In this document: piece after piece, positions 30,302-41,901 of the stretch
Position numbering within the stretch: position 1 is the first letter of the stretch
Layout of the letters: each line of letters starts with the position of its first letter
Assembly (NCBI GenBank): GCA_965153355.1
Contig: OZ231126.1
Coordinates: 35,154,001-35,218,000, forward strand
Direction: 5' to 3'
Length of the DNA: 64,000 nt
From: Flaccisagitta enflata
Lineage: Eukaryota
Program-made: the position numbers and the translations under genes
Notes under the pieces: model-generated
What the model saw: the letters and a program-made list of their open reading frames with translations, nothing else
Database searches by the model: none
Told to the model about the DNA's origin: nothing

Positions 30302-30930
30302 CAAAGTTTCCATACTTCCTGTAGCGGTTAATGATATCAGCCAAACCAAAAATTCCGTTTTCCGATTCAGGATGCTTTTGCAGATGCTTTTGTCGTTATC
30401 GGCCTTGTTGCTGTCATCAAAATTGTTGTTGTTGTCGTTATCTTCCTTCTTACTGTCATTGATATCGTCGTTGTCGTCATCATCCTCGCTTTGTAACACC
30501 TGTTAAAGTGAAAACGTCACAGCAACACTAATAACAAAACACTGAAAAGCGTACTTAAAGTTGGCCCAGTGGGATAAAATTTTAGCTGGAGCTTCCTATT
30601 ACCTTCGAGCAGCTACAGCTAAAATTTCATATTACTGGACCGACTAAAAGTAACCTTTTCATAGTTCTATTTTGAGTGGTGCTGTGACGTTTTTACTTTA
30701 ATAGATGATATGGTCAACGGCGTTGTCGTTGTTGTTGTTTTGCATGGTAATTGATAGTTGTTGTTGTTAGTTGTCGTCGTTGTTGTTATTGATAGTCGTC
30801 GTCGTTGTTGACGTCAAAACGTTTTTTTTTCTCGCAGCCGTCATCGTCGATGTCTTCATCGTCGGCATTATTGTCGTTGCGCCAGTAATGACATCCTAGG
30901 TCATGTTTGCAGGAGTGTTCTCTCCCACAG

Positions 30931-31004
<74 letters not shown>

Positions 31005-31249
31005 GCGTCGTTTTTCATGGTCATGACAGTTGTCGTTGTCGTTGACGTTGTCGTTGTCGTTGTCGTTGTCGTTGACGTTGTCGTTGTCGGTGTCGTTGTC
31101 GTTGTCTTTGACGTTGACGTTGATGTTGACGTTGTCATTGTCTTTGTCATCGTTTTCTTAGTTGTCGTCGTCGTTGTTTTTTCCACGGGTAGTACTTAGT
31201 CTCGGAAGTGAACGTCGTGTTACAAATGGGAAATATTCCCGTCTCGTCT

Positions 31250-31850
31250 GCTACCCACTAATGGATCGCTGTAATTCATCACGAGTAAGTCATCAAGTGA
31301 TCTAACAATTAGACACTAGCCATTCATTAAGTTGTTCACTTGCCATCCACTAATGGATCGCTGTAATTCATCACGAGTAATTCATCAAGTGATCACACAA
31401 TTAAACAGTAGCCATTCATTAAATTGTTCACTTGCCACCCACTAATGGATCGCTGTAATTCATCACAAGTAATTTATCAAGTGATCTAACAATTAAACAG
31501 TAGCCATTCATTAAGTTTTTCACTTGCCACCCACTAATGGATCGCTGTAATTCATCACAAGTAATCTATTATGTAATCACACAATCAAACAGTAGCCATC
31601 CATTCACCTCTCCACTTGCTACCCACTAATAGATCGCTGTAACTCATCTAGTGATCATGCAATTACACAGTAGTCGTTCATTCAGTTTTTCACTTGCTAT
31701 TCACTAATGGATCGCTGTAATTCATCAAGTGATCATAAAATTTTACAGTCGTCATTCATTCATTTGTCCACTTGCTATTCACTAATGGATCGATGTAATT
31801 CATCAAGTGATCCCACAATTGCACTTTAGCCATTCATTCCTTAGTTCACT
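31250..31850. repeat. Tandem array of 92-bp then 78-bp units (7 copies)
   Basis: CACTAATGGATCGCTGTAATTCATC at ~31255, 31347, 31439, 31531, 31623, 31701 and 31779. Confidence 0.9.
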
Positions 31851-33243
31851 TTCTTCCCGCTGTAAAGTCACAACGGCGTTAACCAGCTGCATGCAGTAAC
31901 AATGTAACAACATTGAAACTGCCCCTGCCCAGTGTCACTAAAACGCGACTAGGATAGAGAGTTTTTTCCCTCGATTCTACTTTTCTCTTGAGCATCAGAT
32001 GCACACTTATATTACTCAGATGCTCACTGAGTTACTCAGTTACTCTACTTTTCTCTTGAGCATCAGATGCACACTCATATTACTCAGATACTCACTCAGT
32101 CACTCAATTACTCAGATGCATACTCATATTACTCAGATCCACACCCAAAATACGCGGATGCACACTAAAATTACGCGGATGCACACTCAGATTACACAGA
32201 TACACACTCAAAATACGCAAGTAGTATGGTATAGTACGCCGAACACCCTCGTTTTTTTTATGTTGATTTACACGTTCTCATAACATTTTAGTGAGTAAAG
32301 ACAATTAAAAAAAACATTGTCATTGCCTTTTACGGACACGGTTTATGATCGGCTTTTTGGTTCTGGTTTTGGTTTTCGTTTTTTTGTTTTTTTCTTTTTT
32401 TTAAAAAACATTCAGAACGTCGACATTTGTTTTTCTTTTATTTTCTTTACGCGCATGTGTTCACGATTGGCTCTGTTGATATGAATCTTTATAGTGTAAA
32501 AGGTTTAAGATGCAATATGACTAGAAATACAACAGCATTACATTTCAAACCTTTTCGTTAAAAGACGTTTTTAGTAGGAAGCCAATAAAGTGATATAAGA
32601 CGATGGACGGATGCGTTTGAAGAAAAGTGATTTGACGCGTAATTTAGGAAGCCGCAGGAGGATACAAAAATATCTGTGGTTTGATCTTTATTTCCTGCGG
32701 GTTACTAAAAGACGCGGCGCTCAATTGGTGCGAGAGATAGGTTGCGAAGAAAGTGAATCACCGCGTAATTAAGCAATACACTGTGGGTATAAGAAGACCT
32801 GTGGCTGTTCCTATTACCCCAGCATGTTACTAAAGGACGCGACGTTCGATGAACGCAAGTGACGAAGGAAGCGAAAGATTTACGCGAGAGATGTAGAAGG
32901 CGACACATATTTCCATACGAAAAGACTACCAGATCGTAGTTATTTATTGCTTTGGGCTGATAATCCCTTCATACAAATTCATATGTCCGTCAATAAGTTA
33001 TCGAAACTCTCTTATGTGCGTAACCAGGAGATTGACGACATGTAAGCTCTCTCTCGTCGCGGTAGCTGAAAGTTTGACGGTGACGAGATAAAATTTTGCG
33101 CGGCATTCTTTCAGTTACGCATATGAGCGAGCGACAGTAGCAGTAAGTATACGATCGCGATGTGAGGAAATATTTTTTTCTCGTATATTTTTATCGAAAG
33201 AAGATGCTATTTGATTTTTGATGTTAGTATTAGACGCAGTAAA

Positions 33244-33585
33244 AGACGAAAATTTATAGTTAGCTCGCTGACCTTTAAGATGTAAACTGACATACTAGTC
33301 ATACTAGCCATACTAGTCATACTCAGTTTGCACCCTACATGTCTACAAGATGAGACGCAGACGCAAGATGAGACGCAAGATGAGACGCAAGATGAGACGC
33401 AAGATGAAACGCAAGATGAGACGCAAGATAAGACGCAAGATGAGACGCAAGATGAGACGCAGACACATGATGAGACGCAGACGCAGAGACGAAAATTTAT
33501 AGTCAGCTCGTTGACCTTTAAGATGTAAACTGAAAGGAACTCGGCGATTGGAACTCAGTTTGCATCTTACTTGTCTACAAGATGA
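33244..33585. repeat. 12-bp tandem (GAGACGCAAGAT)n flanked by a direct duplication
   Basis: AGACGAAAATTTATAGT.AGCTCG.TGACCTTTAAGATGTAAACTGA at ~33244 and ~33487. Confidence 0.8.
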
Positions 33586-34400
33586 AAACATTCCTTGAAC
33601 GAACAAATAAACAAAAATGAATAAATCGACAAATGAATAAATCAACAAAATGAATAGATTAATAAATCGATGATTGCTAAATGAACAAGAAGGATGAATA
33701 AATCGATTTAATTTCAAATGAGCAAATCGCTTTGAATAATAAAATGAATAAATTGCATAACAAATGAATAAATTGTATAAAATGAATAAATCGCATAATA
33801 AATTTAAACCGCTTTTAATTTTCTTATCACGTCATTCAGTTCATCATCACCACTTTCCCCGCTCTCCGCTTTCTTCTCTCTCCATTTGGTCCATTTTCCC
33901 TCCCCATTATTCCCATCGAAAAAAACATTTTTCCCAGCTGAAAATACTTTCTCCTCCTTCACTTCCGTCCTTTTCTCCTCCCCCACCGATCGATAACGAA
34001 CGCGACTCGGTTGTTTTGGGATATTTTCATTTTTCTGTGACGTCAAACATTTGTTTGTGTGTGTGTGTGTGTATAGGGTGTAATAGTCGAAATGGAAAAA
34101 AATGTTGAAGATGGCAGAGGTTTTTTAGGGTTTTGTAGAAATGGAAAAAATGGCGAAGCGAGAAAGATTGAAAGGTACAGTTTCAGCGGTCATGATTGAA
34201 AATATAAGAATTAGCTACCCACCATTTGTTTTACAATAATCTAGTCCCAAAGTGCAGAAAGAGCTATTAATAGTGTGGACATCATAACCCGTAATAGTTA
34301 CAGGAAAAATTGCAGAAAAAAGCTGAACCAGCTACAAGAATAGTCTAAAGCCACAAAAATCCCGAGAAAACTTATCTATTATTTTTTTGTACCTTTCTTC

Positions 34401-35694
34401 TCACAAAGCAGTTGAACGAAAAAGCCCCACCAAACCATAATCCTCATCATCTCCACAAGTTCCCCTTCCTCTACCACTTGCTCCCCTCGGTCCTCCTCTG
34501 ACTCCTCTGTTTCCCCCTCTATTCGCTCTGCCTCCTCTGTTTCCTCCTCTTGGTCTCCCTACTCTTCCACCTCTTACTCCGTTTCTTCTAGCCACAACTC
34601 TTTCCATTCTGTCTCTCTCCGACCTTGCCTCTCTTTCATTTCTCTCCGCTCTAAGGGCACTCATCACTACTTCCAAATTTCTCAATTGCTCCTCATGCCT
34701 CTCCCTCGCCCTCTCCATCTCCATATCCATGCTCTCGTCAGTCCTCAACTCCTGCGCCTCCTCATCCGCTGCAATCTCATTTGGCATCGTAGGATCGAAG
34801 GGATCATTACGCAACTGTTGTTGTCGCGTTAATGAATGGAATTAAATAACTTAAACTTAGTAAATATAACTAGATACAATCAAAGAGGCGTATAATCTAA
34901 GAGGCGTACAAACTAAGAGGCGTACAAACTAGGAGTATACAAACTAGATTAGGATAGTCTCGTTTGTAACAGGCCTTGTAACTAAAAGTGTACAAACTAG
35001 ATTATGGTTGCTTATGGAAAAAATAATTACCAAGGCCGCCATATTGATGCCCTCCGGCAGCTGCGGCAGCTCCCTATCGCGGCGGCGGGCAACAAAGCGG
35101 CGTGTAGCCGCACCGATCCCGACAAAGACGCCGAGAGCCAAAATTGTTACCGCGGACCCGATCCTTATGAGGATTTGAACCGAATCGCGATAAAGCAGAT
35201 ACAAGAACTTAATTCGCGATATTTGATTTAGAACTATGAAAATTTGCGGTTCGAATACATGATTTAACTTACAATGCGCTTTTCCAATCGACGGTTTGCG
35301 GGTGGGGAAGCGGAGAAGAGGATGACGCGATCGTAATGTCCGCCGCTTGTCCGACCGAATGCTCGTCCGATTGTCCATCGTTGATTGTAATGTCCGCCGT
35401 CTGTTCACGTTTATCCGATTGTTCGTAGCCGACCGTAACGTCCGTTGTCTGGCTGTTGTCCGATGAATCCTCGACGTTTGACGAGAAGGCGGAGGAAGAG
35501 GAAGAGGATGTTGTGGTGGAGGTAGAGGCGGAAGCGGCGCGGAATGAGGAAGAAGTGGTGGAGGCGGATAAGAGGGACGGGCGCGTGGGCGATGCCGCCG
35601 ACGAAGTTGATGAGGATGATGACGAAGATGTTGATGATGTGGTTTGTTGTTGTTTTGTCTTGTTTTTCTTTTGTTTGTGTTTTGAAACCAGTGT

Positions 35695-35736
<42 letters not shown>

Positions 35737-35994
35737 TTGTTCCCGTTGTTTGTCTTCTTGTTGTTTTTGTTGTTCTTTTTGTTGTTGTTTGGGTTCTTCT
35801 TTTTTTTGTTCTTCTTGTTCTTTTTGTTCTTGTTCTTTTTGTTCTTGTTCTTTACGTTGTTGTTTTTTGTGTTCTTCTTGTTCTTCTTGTTTCTTTTGTT
35901 CTTTTTGTTTTTTCTGTTGTTCTTGGTCGTCTTGTTGTTTTTGTTTTTGATCCGTTTTCTGTTTAAATTCTTGTTGTTCTTGTTGTTGTTGTTG
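34401..35994 (-). CDS. Putative spliced single-pass membrane protein (Q/E/K-rich and S/T-rich region, TM helix, charged and RGG-rich tail); 5' end unresolved
   Basis: Stop-free frame 35994-35273, then GTAAGT...AG intron 35272-35164, exon 35163-35031, GTAATT...CAG intron 35030-34815, exon 34814-34401. Joins read VDWKSAL|IGSAVTILALGVFVGIGAATRR...NMAAL|LRNDPF...RGGRVGRPRGGNRGG. Confidence 0.55.
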
Positions 35995-36322
35995 TTAGTA
36001 GTAAGTCTTCTGGTCTTAGGAGTCGAAATTTATAGCTGGACACTATGACGTCATCACTAAATCTAAGGGAAATACCTAGTGCTCCTACCTACAGCTCTCT
36101 TTATTTCTATAGTAAATTTGATTTAGCAGTACAAGTTCATAGCTTGAAATCCCTATAGAGTGGCCAGATTTCTATGCTGGTCAAGCTTTAACTTAAGATT
36201 ACGGCCATGTGAACGTTTCTCCGGCCAATCATAAGGTACAGTACAGTATTTACTATCTTCTACTATACTTTGTATAGCAAATGAAGCTGACCACAGGTTA
36301 GTAACAAAGAAATAAAGAGGGA

Positions 36323-36358
<36 letters not shown>

Positions 36359-36534
36359 AGAAAGAGAGAGAGAGAAAGAAAGAAAGAAAGGAAGAAAGAA
36401 AGAAGGAAAGAAAGAAAGAAAGAAAGAAAGGCGATGACCATTGAAAGATAGCAGGAGGATAGAAGAAGATAGAAAGAAGGATAGAAATGATGATGACCAT
36501 CCAAAATACTATAAGATAAGAAGTATTACTACTA

Positions 36535-36745
36535 TCGCCAAAATCACAGTCTGTACCATGAACTTGTACCTTCTGTGATTTGGGCTCCGGCTGCCAAAAT
36601 CATGGCCTGTACCATGAACTTGTACCTTCTGTGATTTGGGCTCCGGCTGCCAAAATCATAGCCCGTACCATGAACTTGTACCTTCTGTGATTCGGCTCTG
36701 GCTGCCAAAATCATAGCCCGTACCTAGTTCGTGTACTTTCTGACA
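36535..36745. repeat. ~56-bp tandem repeat, ~3.5 copies
   Basis: GCCAAAATCA...GTACCATGAACTTGTACCTTCTGTGATT repeated. Confidence 0.85.
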
Positions 36746-37649
36746 TTGGCCTTTTGTTTCTTCTTAGATGAAAAGGAGAAGTACTTGGTATAGAGCTGAG
36801 AAATTAGGAACGGCTGAGTTAAGGAAAGGGTTGAGGAGGAGATGCACAGATATAAGGAATGGTTAAAAAACCTTGAAAGGCTTATTGAAAAAGTAAATTT
36901 TGATATATGGATGCATAAGTATATTGGAATGGCAGGTTTAAGGTTTTTGAGGTTCTTCTCAGGTATTTTGGTATACCCTTTCAGGTTTTTGGTAGTCCAT
37001 TTTAGGTGTATTGAAGGTACGTTTTTGGTTGTTGTATGAGAAATTGGGTAAATTATAATGCCTGAAAAGGTTTTTTATTGTTACTTTAAAGGTTGTTTTG
37101 ATTGAAATTTTTTTAAAGAGAATTGTAAAGGCAAAATGAAGTTTTGAAATACAAAATGGCATAGTAAATGTGATATGAAAGGTAGGAAGATTAAAGGGAC
37201 ATAGTAAGGTACATTTATAGTATTGGTAAATTTGAAGATTTTGGTTTGAGCATTTTTGGTAACATTTATATGGTGCAAAATACGGTTAGTTACCTAATGG
37301 TTCTATAGTCAGTTGACGGCTAAGATGAAAGATAGACAATACAGGTTAGTTTGATCATGAGATAGAACAACATAGATAGAAAGACAGAGATAGAAAGAGC
37401 GAAAAGATAACAGAGATAGAAAGACAGACATAGAAAGACAGAAAACATGACATGAAAAAAATGGAGGAGGAAGAGGAGTGAGGAAGAGGAAGAGGAAGAG
37501 GAACAGGAAATAAAAAAAATATATGAAAGTTAATAGGAAGAGGAAGAGAAATGGAGGAAAAGAAAGATAGAAAAGAAATATAAGGAGGCGGAAGAGGAAG
37601 AGGAAAAGCATATATATATATAAGCATGATTTTACAATTTTTATTCATA

Positions 37650-38723
37650 ATGATGGCTGAATTAAATGAAAATTTTTATTCCACAAAAACTCATAAATAT
37701 CCTCCGTCAAGTTTTCTACTTTTACTGGGAAATAGTAATTGTGGTATGCAACAAAAAAATACTTTTTATAGCTAAAATAAGACTTCAGATTTGAGGCCAA
37801 TACCTAGTTCTTATACTTTTGATTGGAAAATATTTTTCAAAGAAATTTGAGGCCAATACCTAGTTCTAATACTTTTGATTGGAAAATATTTTTATAGAAA
37901 TAATTTAAGCCCAATACCCTGTTCTAATACTTTTGATTAAAAATATTTTTCTTAGAAATTTGAGGCCAATACCTTGTTCTAATACTTTTGATAATAACTC
38001 GTTAAAAGTATTTTTGTTGCATATTTAATTTATGGATAAAAAGGAAAGACTACATTTTTATTGGAGACAATTAAAGACCATGAAAATCATTTTGTGACCA
38101 AGCCAACAAAGGTCATTTATTTTTTTCGCGAGGAGTGTAGTGCTGTGACAGAATTGAGAAAGTTTTTTTCTGAAAAAAATGATATTAAAGGATTGTTCCT
38201 AAGAAAGATTCCAGAGACAAATTTTATCGAAAGTTTGGGAATTGAAAAAGGATCCACTTGTATAATTTTTGACGACTTTCATGTACAAGCTTTATCAAGT
38301 GAGCCACTGAGGGAAACTCTTTTGAACCTCAGTAGTGTGTGGAATCACCATTATCAAATTGTGACATTTTATGTGGCACAGCAATATGACATGTTCCTGA
38401 AGTCGTCCAAACTGAATGGCCTTTTGGTTAACTCAACCCATATTGTCCTGTGGAGATCCAATCACGACGTTAAAACTATCAAAAGAAATTTGGATCGATA
38501 TTTTGTTAAGCTTAAAGGAGATCTGACATTGTGGAAAATATTTGAACGCTATGTTCAAAGTGAACAATATAAGTTTTTACTGATTTGTGTTTCTCCTTTG
38601 TGTCGACGGCCTTCGGTTTGGATGAATACTTTAATGTCGTCAGATGATCAAGTTCTTTCCTTCCATGAGTCGGACTCAGAATCGGATGATCAGGGAGAGA
38701 TTGATAGTGTGCAAGTACAGTAA
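37650..38723 (+). CDS. A32/FtsK-like genome packaging ATPase, 2 exons (37650-37743, 38044-38723), ~257 aa
   Basis: Splicing out GTATGC...AAG (37744-38043) rebuilds Walker A LLLGNSNCG|KTT. Walker B CIIFDDF and the A32-type NHHYQIVTFYVAQQ segment follow. Confidence 0.9.
37787..37992. repeat. 55-bp tandem repeat in the ATPase intron
   Basis: AGAAATTTGAGGCCAATACCT.GTTCTAATACTTTTGATT..AAAATATTTT, ~4 copies. Confidence 0.9.
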
Positions 38724-38734
38724 GCAGTCAATCT

Positions 38735-39064
38735 ATGGCGTGTCGAAAAAAAAAGCATTTAAGATCATTCTTAGATGCTTGTGTCACTGACTCCTTGTTT
38801 ACTAAGGATTTGAAGACCAACGTTTTCGTTTGCATAATTGAAATTGTGAAAAATTGCATGAAATCAAAGCTGAAGCATTGTTTCTCATCAAAAACTTTGA
38901 AATACATTGCCAAAAACATAAAACTTTTGAAATTCTTAAAAAGTAAAAAAATTTCTTTAAAAAAACGAAAAAAGAGATTCTTACGGTGTTCAAAAAAGGA
39001 GCAAAAATTGTTTTACAATCATATTTTGTATGATTTTATAAACAACTGTTTAGAATGTGATTGA
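38735..39064 (+). CDS. Small basic conserved Polinton/adintovirus protein (109 aa)
   Basis: CIIEIVKNCMK...KLLKFLKSKKISLKKRKK resembles the ICExxxNxLxG...LRxLxxKKxSxKKKK pattern of the small basic ORF I recall beside the ATPase in Polintons. Its stop overlaps the next ATG (TGATG). Confidence 0.65.
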   Translation: MACRKKKHLRSFLDACVTDSLFTKDLKTNVFVCIIEIVKNCMKSKLKHCFSSKTLKYIAKNIKLLKFLKSKKISLKKRKKRFLRCSKKEQKLFYNHILYDFINNCLECD

Positions 39065-40317
39065 TGGGCGAAAAAAAAATGAGTTCTACTAATCCCACTA
39101 GTTATGTGAAATCTCCTTTTTTGAAGTCGGTTTTAGACGAGGAAGGGACTTCATGCGAGGAAAAGATTGAGAAGATTAAAGGCCTTGTTGAGGGGAAAAA
39201 ATTATCCCTTTTGAAAAGTGGACAAAGTGCAACAGGAAGTAGTCAGACAAACAGCAACAATGCCCCCAATGGAAATGCACCATTGAATTCTAACAATAAT
39301 GGTAATGTGCCATTGGCTCCTAGCAACGAATCTGATGCTGTTTTGAGCGGATTAAGTGGGAATAAAGAGCGTCAACTTGGTGAAACAATTTTGGATGAAA
39401 TAAATCGAAGTAACTTAATTGACTATGACAAAAATACTTTTGAGATCATAGTGCAATCTGAAGTGATAAAGTTCTCAAACATAAAAAATTTGATTTCATT
39501 TTGTGTGACGTCAAACGCAGCGCAAATCCCAATTGGCTGCACAATTTTTATTGAAGCTTTAATGCAAATAAAAGCCTCAATAGCATCTCTGAGGAGTGGG
39601 GACGCTCAAATTATCAAAGAGGATTTATTGAGAGTGCGCGCTTTGCATGAACAAGATAGTAATTCTATGAGGCCATCGTTACCTAATACCGACGGAGGTG
39701 CGGAGGCTGACAGCGGTGGAGGGGAAGCAACAATTGAAAGTGGCGCTGGAAGCGGAGTGGCTGACAGCGGCGTTGGTAGCGAAGGTGTATCCGTTGAATT
39801 ACCAAGAGAGGGTATTGACGCGGAGATAGGAGACGGTAATAGAAGAGGGAGGAAGAGAAAGGTGGCGTCTTCTAGTGAAGAGGAATTGGCACCGGCGAAG
39901 AGACGGTTTAACGTTCCAGAATCGGATTTGTCCAATCTGAGGAGGTATGGTAATGGGAGTATGACACGGGAATGTTAAATGACTGTTTGCCTGATTGTCT
40001 GCCTATATGCTTGCATGTAAGCTTGTTTTTAGGTCATGTGTTTGTATACATGTCTGACTGTTGATTGGTTGCCTTCTAGTAACGGATAAGCGACTTTATA
40101 AGGGGTCTTGTCCGTCCGTCGGTCCATTGGTCCGTCGGCCGGTGCACCGTTCCGTGTGATCGAGTCTGGAAGTATGAAAACGCGCATTTACGCCCCTGCC
40201 CACTTTGTTCCTGTTTTTGTTTTTAGGAGTCCGAGGCTCGTATCAAAAATTGAGGAAGCTTGGTCTACAGGGGTTGTGGATGAACCCGCGAAAGGAAGAA
40301 GGAAAAAGAAAAAATGA
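39064..40317 (+). CDS. Conserved Polinton protein of unknown function, 2 exons (39064-39944, 40227-40317), ~323 aa
   Basis: ILDEINRSNLIDYDKNTFEIIVQSEVIKFSNIKNLI...PIGCTIFIEAL matches the Polinton WNxxGELIxxGxxIxGSNIxDL...PxGxxxFxxAL pattern. A GTATGG...TTTTAG intron joins LRR|SPRL, and the spliced stop overlaps the integrase ATG (ATGA). Confidence 0.75.
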
Positions 40318-41492
40318 GATCAAAAGTACGACAATTATTGGATTCTGGTTTACGTGATAAAAGTTCTCCATTGTTTCTTTCAAAAAACAAAACTGAAATC
40401 AAGAAGTTTTTTGAATCAAGAGGATTTGATATTGATGAAAAGGAAATAGACCAATATTTGCAAGAAGAACGGTCTAATGGCATCCTTATTAGAAATGATT
40501 CTGAACGGAAAAAAAAGGAAATATCTCGGGCGATGGTTTTAGCCCCAAAGTTCTTTTCTTGGGTATTTTCAGATGTTTTACATTTAAGTAAGAGTCGTGA
40601 TTATGGGAAAGATAGTACCAAATACGTGGTACTAATTGTTGACAGTTTGAGTTTATTTTGTTATTTAGCTCCATTAAAATCAACTAAAGCTGATGATTTG
40701 ATTTCTGCATTCAAATCTGTTTTTTTGCGTAGTCCTTATTTACCAGAGCATTGTGAACGTTTGAGTGTTGATATGGGTATTGAGTATCTCGCTAAAAAAT
40801 CGCGTGCTTTTTTTTCTTCTCATGGTATTCGTTTGAATCCCATCCCACCTAAAAGATTGGACCGAAGGTCGTATGGTGCAAATTTTGCAGAGGTCATGAA
40901 TAGGTCTCTGAGATCGTACCTCGAAAAACTTCAATTCAATGATGAAATGGTGAAGTTGACATGGGCAGAAAAATTGTTAGCCATTGAAAATAGAATGAAC
41001 AAAAAGGCAAGAGCTGTTTTTAAAGGGCACAGTAGCGTTGATATGTTATCGCAGTCGCCAAAATATGTACAAATGCTAAAATATGATCGGCGCTTTGTAA
41101 GTAGAAAGTTTTTAAAGGAACACATGAAAAATCCTAAAAATATTGTACTGTTTTCTATTGTGAAAATTCAAAAATACAAGCCTAAAGAAGGTTTGGGGTA
41201 CAAGGAAAGCTATTCATCTTTTTCATCACAGTTTTACATTGTTTTGGAAAGACATGAGCACGATCATATTTTTTTCTTTACCCTTGGATCAGTGTTTTCG
41301 TTACAGCCTGTGTCTGATTCGAAATTCTCCTTTTATGAGTTGAAGGTGTTTAATGAGGTATCTTTGGCCAAAGCTCGTTATCTTAATTGTCTTGCAGAGC
41401 CACTTGAAAAAAAAAACATTGGGGATTATTCATATTTTAAAGTGAAAAATTGTGATAAGGTTTTCTATGCTTCAAAACATGCCTTTGATTAG
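40314..41492 (+). CDS. int: Retroviral-like (c-integrase) DDE integrase, intact, intronless, 392 aa
   Basis: WVFSDV...YVVLIVDSLSLFCYLAPLKSTK...LSVDMGIEY...AEVMNRSLR: canonical rve core with D, D and E residues. Confidence 0.93.
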   Translation: MRSKVRQLLDSGLRDKSSPLFLSKNKTEIKKFFESRGFDIDEKEIDQYLQEERSNGILIRNDSERKKKEISRAMVLAPKFFSWVFSDVLHLSKSRDYGKDSTKYVVLIVDSLSLFCYLAPLKSTKADDLISAFKSVFLRSPYLPEHCERLSVDMGIEYLAKKSRAFFSSHGIRLNPIPPKRLDRRSYGANFAEVMNRSLRSYLEKLQFNDEMVKLTWAEKLLAIENRMNKKARAVFKGHSSVDMLSQSPKYVQMLKYDRRFVSRKFLKEHMKNPKNIVLFSIVKIQKYKPKEGLGYKESYSSFSSQFYIVLERHEHDHIFFFTLGSVFSLQPVSDSKFSFYELKVFNEVSLAKARYLNCLAEPLEKKNIGDYSYFKVKNCDKVFYASKHAFD

Positions 41493-41598
41493 TACGGTTT
41501 AATTGTGTACAGATTACAATGAATGCTACTACAGGGAATTGGTCTGTTGGGCCTGTATGGGATGAGCCAACACTACTCTAAGTAGCTGGGTTACCACT

Positions 41599-41889
41599 GT
41601 GAATGGAGAAAGTAATCGATCAACGACATATGATTGGACGACTGTGGCACCTGAGATTGAATTGGAACTGAAATGGATTGAACCTTTGGCGATAGTGATG
41701 GATGGTTTTTTCGTGATGTTGGCCTTGCTGATGGTAGCTGTCTTCATTTTTGCGAAGTTGGCTGCATCTGCCCGACTGAGATGGGGTAGAAGATTTGAAG
41801 TTGATATGCGCATTGGAACTGTGCGAATGGCAGGAGGGCGGCCTGTGGAAATAAATGAAAGAAACGTTGCCCTGAGGAATATGGTTTGA
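41599..41889 (+). CDS. Small putative membrane protein (96 aa, GTG start uncertain)
   Basis: Hydrophobic stretch GFFVMLALLMVAVFIFA followed by basic residues; sits tightly between the integrase and the penton-like gene. Confidence 0.5.
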   Translation: MNGESNRSTTYDWTTVAPEIELELKWIEPLAIVMDGFFVMLALLMVAVFIFAKLAASARLRWGRRFEVDMRIGTVRMAGGRPVEINERNVALRNMV

Positions 41890-41901
41890 AGAGAAAGAGA
41901 T

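Noticed and set aside
31250-31850. CRISPR-like regularly spaced repeats
   Set aside because: The 'spacers' are themselves homologous (tandem repeat), there are no cas genes, and the context is eukaryotic.
35456-36048. Plus-strand hydrophobic ORFs (poly-V/L/C)
   Set aside because: Antisense shadows of the QEK/ST-rich minus-strand frame.
35997-36056. AGTAGT as a Polinton terminus, or TGACGTCA plus TATAAA as a promoter
   Set aside because: No matching inverted copy at the other end, and the motifs probably lie within the minus-strand coding region.
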